Shown: positions 7,824-16,190 of the stretch, piece by piece
How the letters are laid out: every line of letters begins with the position of its first letter
Position numbering within the stretch: the first letter of the stretch is position 1
DNA from: Vicinamibacterales bacterium
Lineage (GTDB): Bacteria > Acidobacteriota > Vicinamibacteria > Vicinamibacterales > 2-12-FULL-66-21
Length of the DNA: 64,000 nt
Reading direction: 5' to 3'
Assembly: GCA_035250005.1 (NCBI GenBank)
Contig: DATFFM010000073.1
Span: 3,215 to 67,214, forward strand
Position numbers and translations under genes: made by a program
The notes under the pieces: generated by a model
Seen by the model: only the letters and a program-made list of their open reading frames with translations
What the model was told of the DNA's origin: nothing
Databases searched by the model: none

Positions 7824-10412
7824 ATGCCGCAGCCCCCCATCGTCGAGCGCCTCTACCGACTGCTGCTGCGCTGTTATCCCGGCGAGTTCCGCGACGACTA
7901 CGAGCGCGAGATGATGCGCGCCTTCAGGGAGCGCCTGGCGCACGATCGAGCGCTCGGCCCGGGCGCCGTGCTCCGCCTCGGTCTGCAGCTCCTGGTCGAC
8001 GCCGTCGTGCGCGCACCGCGGGAGCACCTCGACGTCCTTCGTCAGGACGGCAGGTACACCCTGCGCTCGCTCCGGAGTGCGCCGGTGTTCGCGATCACCG
8101 CGGTCGCGACCCTTGCGCTCGGTGTCGGGGCCAACACGGCCATCTTCTCTATCGTGCATGCCGTGGCGTTGAGACCGCTTCCGTACGAGGCCTCGGATCG
8201 CCTGGTGCGGATCTGGGAACGAAACGATTCACTGTCGATCCCCGATTTTGCGGTGTCGATGCCGAACTTCATCTCATGGCGCGAGCGCGCGACGACGGTC
8301 GACATCGTCGGCTGGCGCGGCGGGAGCGTGACGCTCCGCGGTCCTGGTGATCCGGTACGGGTTCAGTCGGTCAACGTGTCCCCCGATTTCTTCCGGTTGC
8401 TCGGGGTTACGCCGCTTGCCGGCCGCGTGCTGGTCGAGGCCGACACCGCTGCAAACGCCGGCAATCCGGCCCTGATCCGCGATTCGCTGTGGCGCGGTTA
8501 TTTCGGTGGGAGCCCGAACGTAGTCGGCAGCACGGTCACGATCGCCGGCCAGCCTTACACGATCGTCGGCGTCATTCCCGGGAGCAGCATCCCGCTCAGT
8601 GCGGAATTCTTCATGCCGCTGCGCTTCGATCCGACGACGGAAACGCGCGGCAACCGCATCGCCAACGTGATGGGCCGGCTGAAGCCCGGGTTCACGTTTG
8701 CTCAGGGGGAACAGGAGGTCCAGGCGATTGCCAGTCAACTGGAGTCGGAGTTCCCGGACTCCAACCGCAGATGGTCCATCACGATGACCTCGGTCTATGA
8801 CTGGCTGATCCCGGAAGAGACGCGGCGCGCGCTCTACGTTCTGCTCGGGGCCGTGGGCTGTGTGCTGCTCATCGCGTGCGCGAACGTGGCGAATCTGATG
8901 CTGGCGCGGACCGCCGCGCGCAGACGGGAGATGGCCGTCCGGCTGGCGATCGGTGCGGCGCGGCGCCGGCTCGTCAGGCAGGTCCTGACCGAATCGATGC
9001 TGCTGACCGCCCTCGGCGGAGCCGCCGGAATCCTGCTCGCGTACTGGGCCGTGCCGGTGATCCGGCAGTGGTTGCCGGAGACGCTCACCCGCGCCGATGA
9101 GGTGACAGTCAGCGCGCCGGTTCTCCTGTTTTCGTTCGGCGTCTGCATGCTGACCGGGCTCGCGTTTGCCGTGCTGCCGGCACTCGCGAGCTCCCGCGGG
9201 CATGTCACCGACTTCCTGAAAGAGGGCGGGCGCGGCAGCTCGGCGGCCGGCGCGACCCCCCGGCAGCTTCTCGCCGGGGCACAAGTCGCGCTCGCGACAC
9301 TCCTGCTGGTCGGCGCCGGCCTGTTCATCCAGAGCCTGCAACGACTGCAGCGCGTGGAGCTCGGCTTCGATCCACGCGGCATCACCACCGCGATGATGGG
9401 CGTACAAGGTGAACGGTTCGCGACGCAGGGCGGCCCCTGGAACCTCTTCTACCGGCCGCTGCTCGAACGTCTCGCCGCAGCGCCCGGCGTGGAGGGTGTG
9501 GCACTCTCCAGCGGCGCACCGTTTGGTGGAGGCAATACCGGCATGCCGATCAACGCCGTCGGCGACTCGCTGATGGGCGAGGCGGCGCTGCAGACCGACT
9601 GGCGGATGGTCAATCCGGACTACTTCAAGACCATGCGCATCCCCCTGCTGCGCGGCCGCTATTTCCGGCCCGGCGCCACCGACGAAAACGAGTTGATCGT
9701 CGCGGCGACGATGGCCAGGCGGATGTGGGGAGACGCCGATCCGATCGGCCGCCAGATCTCGGCGGGACCGAACGGCATCTGGACGGTGATCGGCGTCGTC
9801 GGCGACGTCCGGAACCTGGACCTCTCGCTCGCGCCGGCGCCGACGATGTACCTGTCGACGACCCGTTTCGTGTGGCCGACGATGACAGTCATCGTTCGCG
9901 CGGGCGAAGGGGCTCAGCCGGCAGCGCTGCTCCGCAACGCCGTTCGCGAACTGGATCCGCAGCTGGCGGTCTTCAACGTCCGTGAGATGGAGGCGCTGAT
10001 CGACGACAGCGCGGCCCAGCCACGGCTCAGTGCGTCGGTCGTGGGGCTGTTCGCCGGGATCGCCGCGGTGCTGGCCGCGATCGGCATCTACGGCGTGCTG
10101 GCGTATCTCGTGTCGCAGCGGACGCAGGAAATCGGCATCCGCATGGCGCTGGGCGCGAGCCGGCCCGCCGTGCTTCGACTTTTTCTCGGGCGCGGTCTGG
10201 TGCTCACGGCCGGCGGCCTGGTCGCAGGAGTCGCGGGGTCGCTCGCGATCTCGCGATGGGTGGGATCGCTGTTGTTCGACGTCCAGGCCAAAGATCCCTG
10301 GACCATTGCCATCGCCGGCAGTACGGTCGCGGCGGTGGCCCTGATCGCAGGCTACATTCCGGCCCGCCGCGCCACCAGGGTCGATCCGCTCACTGCGCTC
10401 CGGGCCGAGTAG
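7824..10412 (+). CDS. ADOP-like duplicated permease with N-terminal prefix domain (paralog 2)
   Basis: ATG 7824 lies 4 nt after the padR stop. About 70-aa extension MPQPPIVERLYRLLLRCYPGEFRDDYEREMMRAF... precedes [35 protein letters not shown]. Two FtsX modules. C-terminal PARRATRVDPLTALRAE. Confidence 0.9.
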   Translation: MPQPPIVERLYRLLLRCYPGEFRDDYEREMMRAFRERLAHDRALGPGAVLRLGLQLLVDAVVRAPREHLDVLRQDGRYTLRSLRSAPVFAITAVATLALGVGANTAIFSIVHAVALRPLPYEASDRLVRIWERNDSLSIPDFAVSMPNFISWRERATTVDIVGWRGGSVTLRGPGDPVRVQSVNVSPDFFRLLGVTPLAGRVLVEADTAANAGNPALIRDSLWRGYFGGSPNVVGSTVTIAGQPYTIVGVIPGSSIPLSAEFFMPLRFDPTTETRGNRIANVMGRLKPGFTFAQGEQEVQAIASQLESEFPDSNRRWSITMTSVYDWLIPEETRRALYVLLGAVGCVLLIACANVANLMLARTAARRREMAVRLAIGAARRRLVRQVLTESMLLTALGGAAGILLAYWAVPVIRQWLPETLTRADEVTVSAPVLLFSFGVCMLTGLAFAVLPALASSRGHVTDFLKEGGRGSSAAGATPRQLLAGAQVALATLLLVGAGLFIQSLQRLQRVELGFDPRGITTAMMGVQGERFATQGGPWNLFYRPLLERLAAAPGVEGVALSSGAPFGGGNTGMPINAVGDSLMGEAALQTDWRMVNPDYFKTMRIPLLRGRYFRPGATDENELIVAATMARRMWGDADPIGRQISAGPNGIWTVIGVVGDVRNLDLSLAPAPTMYLSTTRFVWPTMTVIVRAGEGAQPAALLRNAVRELDPQLAVFNVREMEALIDDSAAQPRLSASVVGLFAGIAAVLAAIGIYGVLAYLVSQRTQEIGIRMALGASRPAVLRLFLGRGLVLTAGGLVAGVAGSLAISRWVGSLLFDVQAKDPWTIAIAGSTVAAVALIAGYIPARRATRVDPLTALRAE

Positions 10413-10950
10413 TCACAAGGGGAGCCCTCCATCGAGGGTTCACCGCCGCATAGATGATCTGGTCCTTCGGCAGCCCGAACTTGACGCTGCTCGATCGGAG
10501 GACTCCTTCGCGCAGGTAACCGGCCTTCTCCAGTACTCGGATCGAACCGGGATTGTCGGCGAAGGGCAGCGCGAAGAGCCGAAGGAAGTTGAGCTCGGCA
10601 AAGGCATGCGCGGTCACCAGAACGAGCGCCTCCGAGACGATGCCGCGGCCCCAGAGGGTTTCGCCGAGCCAATAGCCGATCTCTGCCGAGTAGCGCTCGA
10701 CGTCGCGGCCAGCCACGTATCCGATCCCCCCCACCGCCGCGCCATTCACGTCGATCGCGAGGTTGCTCGGATCGGCCGACGCCGCCGCATGCTTCAGGAA
10801 CTCGCTGGCGTCCTTATGGGTATAGGGATGTGGAAACCGATCGCGAAGGCACTTCGCGACGTTGATGTTGTCGGCGTGCTCGACGAGCGAGGCCGCGTCT
10901 GACTTCAGCCACGGCCTGACGCAGCACCGCTCCCCTTCGAGTCTCAGCAC
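10390..10950 (-). CDS. GNAT-family N-acetyltransferase (RimJ/RimL-like)
   Basis: 186 aa. Motif IGYWLGETLWGRGIVSEALVLVTAHAF...NPGSIRVLEKAGYLREG. The 3' end overlaps the convergent permease by 23 nt. Confidence 0.85.
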   Translation of the reverse strand: MLRLEGERCCVRPWLKSDAASLVEHADNINVAKCLRDRFPHPYTHKDASEFLKHAAASADPSNLAIDVNGAAVGGIGYVAGRDVERYSAEIGYWLGETLWGRGIVSEALVLVTAHAFAELNFLRLFALPFADNPGSIRVLEKAGYLREGVLRSSSVKFGLPKDQIIYAAVNPRWRAPLVTTRPGAQ

Positions 10951-10957
10951 GCGTCCC

Positions 10958-11662
10958 CTAGAACAGCGCGCGGCCGGAGTGGCGCAGCCATCGTTCGGCC
11001 TCGCGGTACGCCGGGCACGCCCGTTCGACCAGGGCCCAGAACCGCACCCCGTGGTTCTGCTGTCTGAGGTGCATCAGTTCGTGGATCAGCACGTAATCGC
11101 AGATGGCTGGCGGCATCTGGACGAGCCGGAAATTGAGCGCGACCGCCCCGGACCGGGAGCACGACCCCCAGCGTGACCGCTGGTTCCGGATCGTCACCTT
11201 CTGAACCTGGAGGCCATGCTGAGTGGCAAGCTCCCGCAGCCGCGGAATCAGGCACTCGGCCGCAACCGCGCAGAGATCCCGTTCGATGTCCGGCCTGACA
11301 TCGGCGGCGTGCTTCACCCGTACTCGGCGATCCGCATAGCACGCGATCGGGCCGTTGCCGGTCTCTTCGACTGTGATGATGTGCGGCTCGCCGAACAGGC
11401 TGACGACACTGCCCTGCGTCCAGCACACGGGCGCCCGCTCCCGGCGGACTCGGGCGCGCTCGCGCGCAATCCAGGCGAGGTGCCGGCCGATGAAGACGAT
11501 CGCCTGGACACGCGAACCGCCGCGCGGAATCGTGACCCGCAGCGTGCCGTCAGGCCGGACGCGAAGGATGTATCGGCGAGCCTTCCGGACGCGGACGAAC
11601 TCCACCCCGTCGGCAGAAGGCGGAGGCGGCTCTGATCTCAGGAATGGCAGATCGAGTTGCAC
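10958..11662 (-). CDS. YgjP-like (DUF45/M48-related) zinc metallopeptidase
   Basis: 234 aa. Contains QKVTIRNQRSRWGSCSRSGAVALNFRLVQMPPAICDYVLIHELMHLRQQNHGVRFW, with an HExxH motif. Confidence 0.85.
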   Translation of the reverse strand: MQLDLPFLRSEPPPPSADGVEFVRVRKARRYILRVRPDGTLRVTIPRGGSRVQAIVFIGRHLAWIARERARVRRERAPVCWTQGSVVSLFGEPHIITVEETGNGPIACYADRRVRVKHAADVRPDIERDLCAVAAECLIPRLRELATQHGLQVQKVTIRNQRSRWGSCSRSGAVALNFRLVQMPPAICDYVLIHELMHLRQQNHGVRFWALVERACPAYREAERWLRHSGRALF

Positions 11663-11689
11663 GAGCTGCCGAAATCATAACAGCAAGTC

Positions 11690-14110
11690 TCAGTCGTTCC
11701 TCAACGCCACGATCGGGTCGACCGCCATCGCACGGCGGGCCGGAAGGTAGCTGGCGAGCGCCGCGATGATCGTCAGGAACAGAGCCACACCGCCGAAGCT
11801 CACCGGATCGGTCGGCGTGACGTTATAGAGGATCGACTGGATGATCCACGTGACCGCGGCCGCACCGACGAGGCCGCCGGCGATCCCCCACGCCGCGAGA
11901 CGCAATCCCTGCCCGACGATGAGCCGAAGGACGTCATGGCGCCCGGCGCCGAGCGCCAGCCGCACGCCGATCTCCTGGACGCGCTGCGACACCGAATACG
12001 ACAGCACACCGTAGACGCCGATCGATGCCAGCACGAGCGCGATGAAACCAAACGTCGCGAACATCGATCCAAACAGCCCGTACTGCCAGTAACTGAGGCG
12101 CCGCAGCTCTTCGACCGTCGTGACCGCGAACATCGGCAAGGTCGGATCCGAGAGGCGCAGCTGCTCGCGAACCGCCGACGTGATCTGCGCCGGGTCGCCC
12201 GCCACGCGGATCGTCAGCCCGGTGTTCAGCGTCGTCTCAAATGGATACGGCACGTAGGCGGCCGGCTCCTGCGGCTCCGTGTCACCGCCTTGCCGGTGCC
12301 GGAAATCGGCAACGATACCGATGACGGTGAACCAGTCCTGCGTGGAGCCATCCACCAGATGGAACCGGCGGCCGACCGGATCGGACCCGGGCCAGAGGCG
12401 CTGGGCCATCGCCTGATTGACCAGCGCCACGGGCGTACGGGTGGCCCCCTCTGCATTGGACATGTCCCGGCCGGCGACCAGCGCCACGTCGAGCGTCTGG
12501 CGCATGTGGGGGGTCACGCCGATCAGCTCGATTCCGGGTTCCCGGCCGGGTTCGACGGCGTTCCCCTCGACGATCACCCGCCCGCCACCGCCGCCGGCGC
12601 CCATCGGCACGAAGTTGGAGGCAAAGGCGGCCTGCACGCCGGGCAGCGACTCCACCCGGCGGACGATATCTTCCACTCGCCGCGCCTTGGCTTCGGCCGG
12701 TTCGTAGGCCGCGCCCGGCAGGTAGAACCGCATCGACATCAGCGGGCCGGTGTCGAAACCAACGGCCGCCCCCTGAAGGTTGAGAAAGCTGCGCACGAAC
12801 AGCGACGCGCCCACCAGCAGCACGAGCGACAAGGCGACCTCGCTGATGACGAGCGTGTTGCGCAGGCGCGCCCTGGAACCGCCGGCATGACCCCGGCCAC
12901 CGTCCTTCAGGCTGCTCTGCAGGTTCGTGCGCAGAGCCTGCATCGCCGGCGCGAGGCCGAAGACCAGTCCGGTGAGCAGCGAGATCGCGGTCGTGTACGC
13001 CAGCGACCGGGCGTTGAGGCTCCAGCTGATGAAGTACGGCACCTGGTCGGGAGGCATCGCCCCGTCGACCAGCCGGACACCGATCCACGCAATGGCCGCA
13101 CCGAGCGGCCCGCTGATGCACCCGATCATCACGGCCTCGGTCAGGAGCTGCCGGACGATCCGCCACCGGCCGGCGCCGAGCGCCAGCCGGATCGAGATCT
13201 CACGCTGCCGCACCGAGGCCCGTGCGAGAAGCAGGTTCGCGACGTTCGCGCATGCGATCAGGAGCACCAGCGTCACGGCGCCCATCATCGTCAGGAGCAC
13301 GAGCTCGACCTGTTGGGGCAGCATCCATTCGCCGAGCGTGCGCGTCGTGACGCTCCAGCCGGCGTTCTCGCGCGGATACGCGGTCGCCAGACGGGCCGCA
13401 ATGCCCGAGAGCTCGCTCTCGGCCTGCTGCTGCGAGACGCCCGGCTTGAGCCGCGCGAAGACGGAATGGATGGCTCCACGGGCGTCGCGCGGGGTGGCGT
13501 CCTGGTAGGGCGCGATCGTCACCCACAGCCGCTCGTTCTCGGGGAAGAGAAAACGTTCGGGCATTACGCCGATGATCGTGTGGGGTTTGCCGTTGACCAT
13601 GATGGCGCGGCCGACGATCGCCGCGTCCTTCTGGTAGCGCAGTTCCCAGAGCTCGTGGCTGAGGAGCACGACCGGTTCGGCCCCCGGCTTGTCGTCATCC
13701 GGCATGAAATCGCGTCCAGCGACCGGACGCATGCCGAGCAGGCCGAACAGATTCCAGCTGACCGTGGCGCCCGAAAAGCGTTCCGGCTCGCCTCTGCCGT
13801 CCGAGATCGTGAGGCTGCGGTTGGCAAACGCGGCGATCGATGCGATGGTCGAGGAGGAGTCGCGGATGTCCTTGAAGTCGGCGTACGAGAGCGTCCCCCT
13901 GGAAATGCGCTGCTCGTGATTGCGCGCATGCACCACGATGATGCGTTCCGGTTCCGGATATGGATACGGGCGCAGGATGACGCCGTCGATCACGCTGAAG
14001 ATCGTGGCATTGACGCCGATGCCCAGGGCCAGGCAGGCCACCGCAACCGCAGTGAAACCCGGACTTTTGACGAGTGAACGGAAGGCGTACCGAACGTCCT
14101 GCCTCAGCAT
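11690..14110 (-). CDS. ADOP-like duplicated permease (paralog 3, no prefix)
   Basis: 806 aa. Starts MLRQDVRYAFRSLVKSPGFTAVAVACLALGIGVNATIFS. Two FtsX modules (QREISIRLALGA, VQEIGVRLALGA). C-terminal [17 protein letters not shown]. Confidence 0.9.
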   Translation of the reverse strand: MLRQDVRYAFRSLVKSPGFTAVAVACLALGIGVNATIFSVIDGVILRPYPYPEPERIIVVHARNHEQRISRGTLSYADFKDIRDSSSTIASIAAFANRSLTISDGRGEPERFSGATVSWNLFGLLGMRPVAGRDFMPDDDKPGAEPVVLLSHELWELRYQKDAAIVGRAIMVNGKPHTIIGVMPERFLFPENERLWVTIAPYQDATPRDARGAIHSVFARLKPGVSQQQAESELSGIAARLATAYPRENAGWSVTTRTLGEWMLPQQVELVLLTMMGAVTLVLLIACANVANLLLARASVRQREISIRLALGAGRWRIVRQLLTEAVMIGCISGPLGAAIAWIGVRLVDGAMPPDQVPYFISWSLNARSLAYTTAISLLTGLVFGLAPAMQALRTNLQSSLKDGGRGHAGGSRARLRNTLVISEVALSLVLLVGASLFVRSFLNLQGAAVGFDTGPLMSMRFYLPGAAYEPAEAKARRVEDIVRRVESLPGVQAAFASNFVPMGAGGGGGRVIVEGNAVEPGREPGIELIGVTPHMRQTLDVALVAGRDMSNAEGATRTPVALVNQAMAQRLWPGSDPVGRRFHLVDGSTQDWFTVIGIVADFRHRQGGDTEPQEPAAYVPYPFETTLNTGLTIRVAGDPAQITSAVREQLRLSDPTLPMFAVTTVEELRRLSYWQYGLFGSMFATFGFIALVLASIGVYGVLSYSVSQRVQEIGVRLALGAGRHDVLRLIVGQGLRLAAWGIAGGLVGAAAVTWIIQSILYNVTPTDPVSFGGVALFLTIIAALASYLPARRAMAVDPIVALRND

Positions 14111-14157
14111 GATGGGTTATACGTCCGCGACGGATGGGGGGTTCACTGGGCGCCTAC

Positions 14158-14243
14158 ACTCCAAACCTCAAACTTCAAACTCCAAACCTCCAAACTCCGA
14201 ATTGAATCTCGTTTTGGAGTTTGAGGTTTGGAGTTTGAAGTTG
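14158..14243. repeat. heptamer-built imperfect palindrome (ACTCCAA family); probable terminator hairpin
   Basis: Left arm 14171-14198 (aacttcaaactccaaacctccaaactcc) pairs with right arm 14214-14242 (ttggagtttgaggtttggagtttgaagtt), about 27 bp with one bulge. Both arms are made of 7-nt units. It sits between two minus-strand genes. Confidence 0.8.
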
Positions 14244-14250
14244 ATCCGGG

Positions 14251-14679
14251 TCAGAAGCGAAACAGCGGACGGCCGGCGGGGAGCCCGGGCCAGGGGATCG
14301 ACGCCAGGATCGCGAGCAGCGCCAGGCCGTAGAAGATCGCGGCCACTCGCGCCTTGCGGTCGTCTCGCGCCTTCCGCACCCGGGCGCGCCCGACGTGCGC
14401 GAGAGCGGTGCCGATCAGTACACCGAAGACGTGCTCGACCGCGAAGAATCGAAGCTGCGGAACCTTCATCGCCCCGCCGAAGTCGTCCAGTGCGGCGCCG
14501 GTAACCGGGCTCAGCGCGAAATACAGCAGGAGGCCGACCAGCAGTTGAACGTCGAGCAGAATAGTGAACCACTTGCCGGCCCGCTCGTCGCGCGAGCCCC
14601 CCCGAACGACGGCAATCAGACCAGCCGCGAGGACGGCCCAGCGCAGCCAGGAGTGGACGAGCAGGGTGAGTCCGTACAT
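14251..14679 (-). CDS. hypothetical integral membrane protein
   Basis: 142-aa ORF with 4 clear hydrophobic helices (LLVHSWLRWAVLAAGLIAVV, ILLDVQLLVGLLLYFAL, HVFGVLIGTALAHV, AIFYGLALLAILASI). No family recognised. Confidence 0.55.
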   Translation of the reverse strand: MYGLTLLVHSWLRWAVLAAGLIAVVRGGSRDERAGKWFTILLDVQLLVGLLLYFALSPVTGAALDDFGGAMKVPQLRFFAVEHVFGVLIGTALAHVGRARVRKARDDRKARVAAIFYGLALLAILASIPWPGLPAGRPLFRF

Positions 14680-14684
14680 CGCGG

Positions 14685-15317
14685 CTACTCCGATCCACCA
14701 TCGGCCCGACCGTCAGGTCGGGCGTCTGCCTGACGGCCGAGAATCAGCAGCAGCTCACGGACAGTCGACCGGCCGGCGTCGTCGGTGTACCACTTCGCCA
14801 TCTGCTCGTGCAGGTCGTCGGAGCTCAGCATCGGCTTCTGGGCGATGAACCACTTCTGAAGCTCCGCCGGACGCTCGACCCAGGCCCCGATGAAACTGGC
14901 CTGTTCGTCAAGGACGGCAATCGTCGGAGTCGCGAGCCGGCCGTCGGGGGTCAGATGCGCGGCCTGCACACGGCGGCCCTCGCGGCGTCCGATGACGCGC
15001 AGCTCCAGCTTCTCGGGAACGGCGGCCGCGAGCTTCGCGATATACGGCACTGCCCAGGCCGAGTCGCTGCAGCGGTCCTCGGCGATCACCAGGATCCGGC
15101 GGCGGCCCGGCAGGGCTCGCGCCTCCGTCAACGCGGCCGCATCGATGGCCGCGTTCGCAAACCTCGATCGCCATTGATCCTGACGGGCTCTGACGTTCTC
15201 GAGAAACTCGTGGAAGGGCGTCGCCTTCCCCCAGAGCGCCGCGTAGTCGATCTGCACCGTCTCCAGGGCAGACCCCAGAAGCAGGACGGTCAAGCCGGAC
15301 CCAAGCAATCCGTTCAT
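14685..15317 (-). CDS. thioredoxin-fold protein with CxxS motif (Thioredoxin_9-like), signal peptide
   Basis: Start at ATG 15317 (MNGLLGSGLTVLLLGSALE). ILVIAEDRCSDSAWAVPYIAKL resembles the WCGDC site of thioredoxin-like proteins, but only the first Cys is retained. Confidence 0.65.
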   Translation of the reverse strand: MNGLLGSGLTVLLLGSALETVQIDYAALWGKATPFHEFLENVRARQDQWRSRFANAAIDAAALTEARALPGRRRILVIAEDRCSDSAWAVPYIAKLAAAVPEKLELRVIGRREGRRVQAAHLTPDGRLATPTIAVLDEQASFIGAWVERPAELQKWFIAQKPMLSSDDLHEQMAKWYTDDAGRSTVRELLLILGRQADARPDGRADGGSE

Positions 15318-15425
15318 GACCGAGAGTATAGTCGGCTCGACCTCAGACGGCTCGGGTTCGGCATTTAACGTCCAGCATTCGGCGTTTTCACGGAACTTCC
15401 AATCGCCTCCGGTGTCCAGTACGCC

Positions 15426-16190
15426 ATGCTCGAAGCCAGGCATCTCGGGAAGTTCTATTCAGGCATCCCGGCCGTGAAGGACGTCAACTTCACGCTGCGC
15501 GCCGGGGACGTTCTCGGCCTGCTCGGGCCGAACGGCTCAGGCAAGTCGACGACGGTGTCGATGCTCACCGGGTTGCTGGAGCCAACCACGGGACAGGTGC
15601 TGTTGAATGGGGACAGCATCCGGCAGGCGCCGCTCGAATACAAGGCGAAGATCGGCTACGTCCCCGAAGAAGCCCACCTTTATACCTACCTGACCGGCCC
15701 CGAGTACCTGGAGCTCGTCGGGCAGCTGCGTGGTCTTGCGCCGCGGGTGCTGGCCGAAAAGATCCAGGCCTTCATGCACATCTTCGGCCTCGAAGAAGAC
15801 CGCTACGCGCAGATGTCGGCGTACTCGAAAGGGATGCGGCAGAAGATCCTCATCGCGGCGGCGCTGCTGCACGATCCCGAGATCATCATTCTGGACGAGC
15901 CGAACTCCGGCCTCGATGTCACTTCGACATTGATTCTGCGCAGCCTGGTGCAGGAGCTCTCGGCCGCGGGCAAGCTGATCGTCTACAGCTCCCACGTGCT
16001 CGAGATCGTCGAACGAGTCGCCACCGACGTGCTGATCCTCCATGAGTCGAAAGTCGTCGCGCACGACTCGGTCTCGCGGCTTCGCGACCTGATGGCGCTG
16101 CCGTCGCTCGAGCAGGTGTTTCGAAAGGTCGTGATCGCCGAGGATGTCGATCAGATCGCGCGCGACGTCGTCGGGGTGATGAAGCTGTGA
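15426..16190 (+). CDS. ABC transporter ATP-binding protein (ABC-2 type)
   Basis: Walker A GPNGSGKST, signature YSKGMRQK, Walker B IIILDEP, H-loop SSHVLE. 254 aa. Confidence 0.9.
   Translation: MLEARHLGKFYSGIPAVKDVNFTLRAGDVLGLLGPNGSGKSTTVSMLTGLLEPTTGQVLLNGDSIRQAPLEYKAKIGYVPEEAHLYTYLTGPEYLELVGQLRGLAPRVLAEKIQAFMHIFGLEEDRYAQMSAYSKGMRQKILIAAALLHDPEIIILDEPNSGLDVTSTLILRSLVQELSAAGKLIVYSSHVLEIVERVATDVLILHESKVVAHDSVSRLRDLMALPSLEQVFRKVVIAEDVDQIARDVVGVMKL

Noticed and set aside
10390-11662. GNAT plus DUF45/YgjP pair considered as a toxin-antitoxin or restriction-associated module.
   Set aside because: There is no small antitoxin-like ORF, and no R-M, helicase or nuclease neighbours. The GNAT resembles RimJ/RimL-type acetyltransferases rather than tRNA-acetylating toxins.
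14158-14243. Possibility that the short tandem arrays (also 1948, 17905, 21939, 23694, 32915, 61141) are CRISPR arrays or telomere-like repeats.
   Set aside because: Units are only 7-8 nt, contiguous and without spacers, and there are no cas genes. The ATTAGGG-like unit is internal to a chromosome segment between two ordinary genes, so it is not a telomere.
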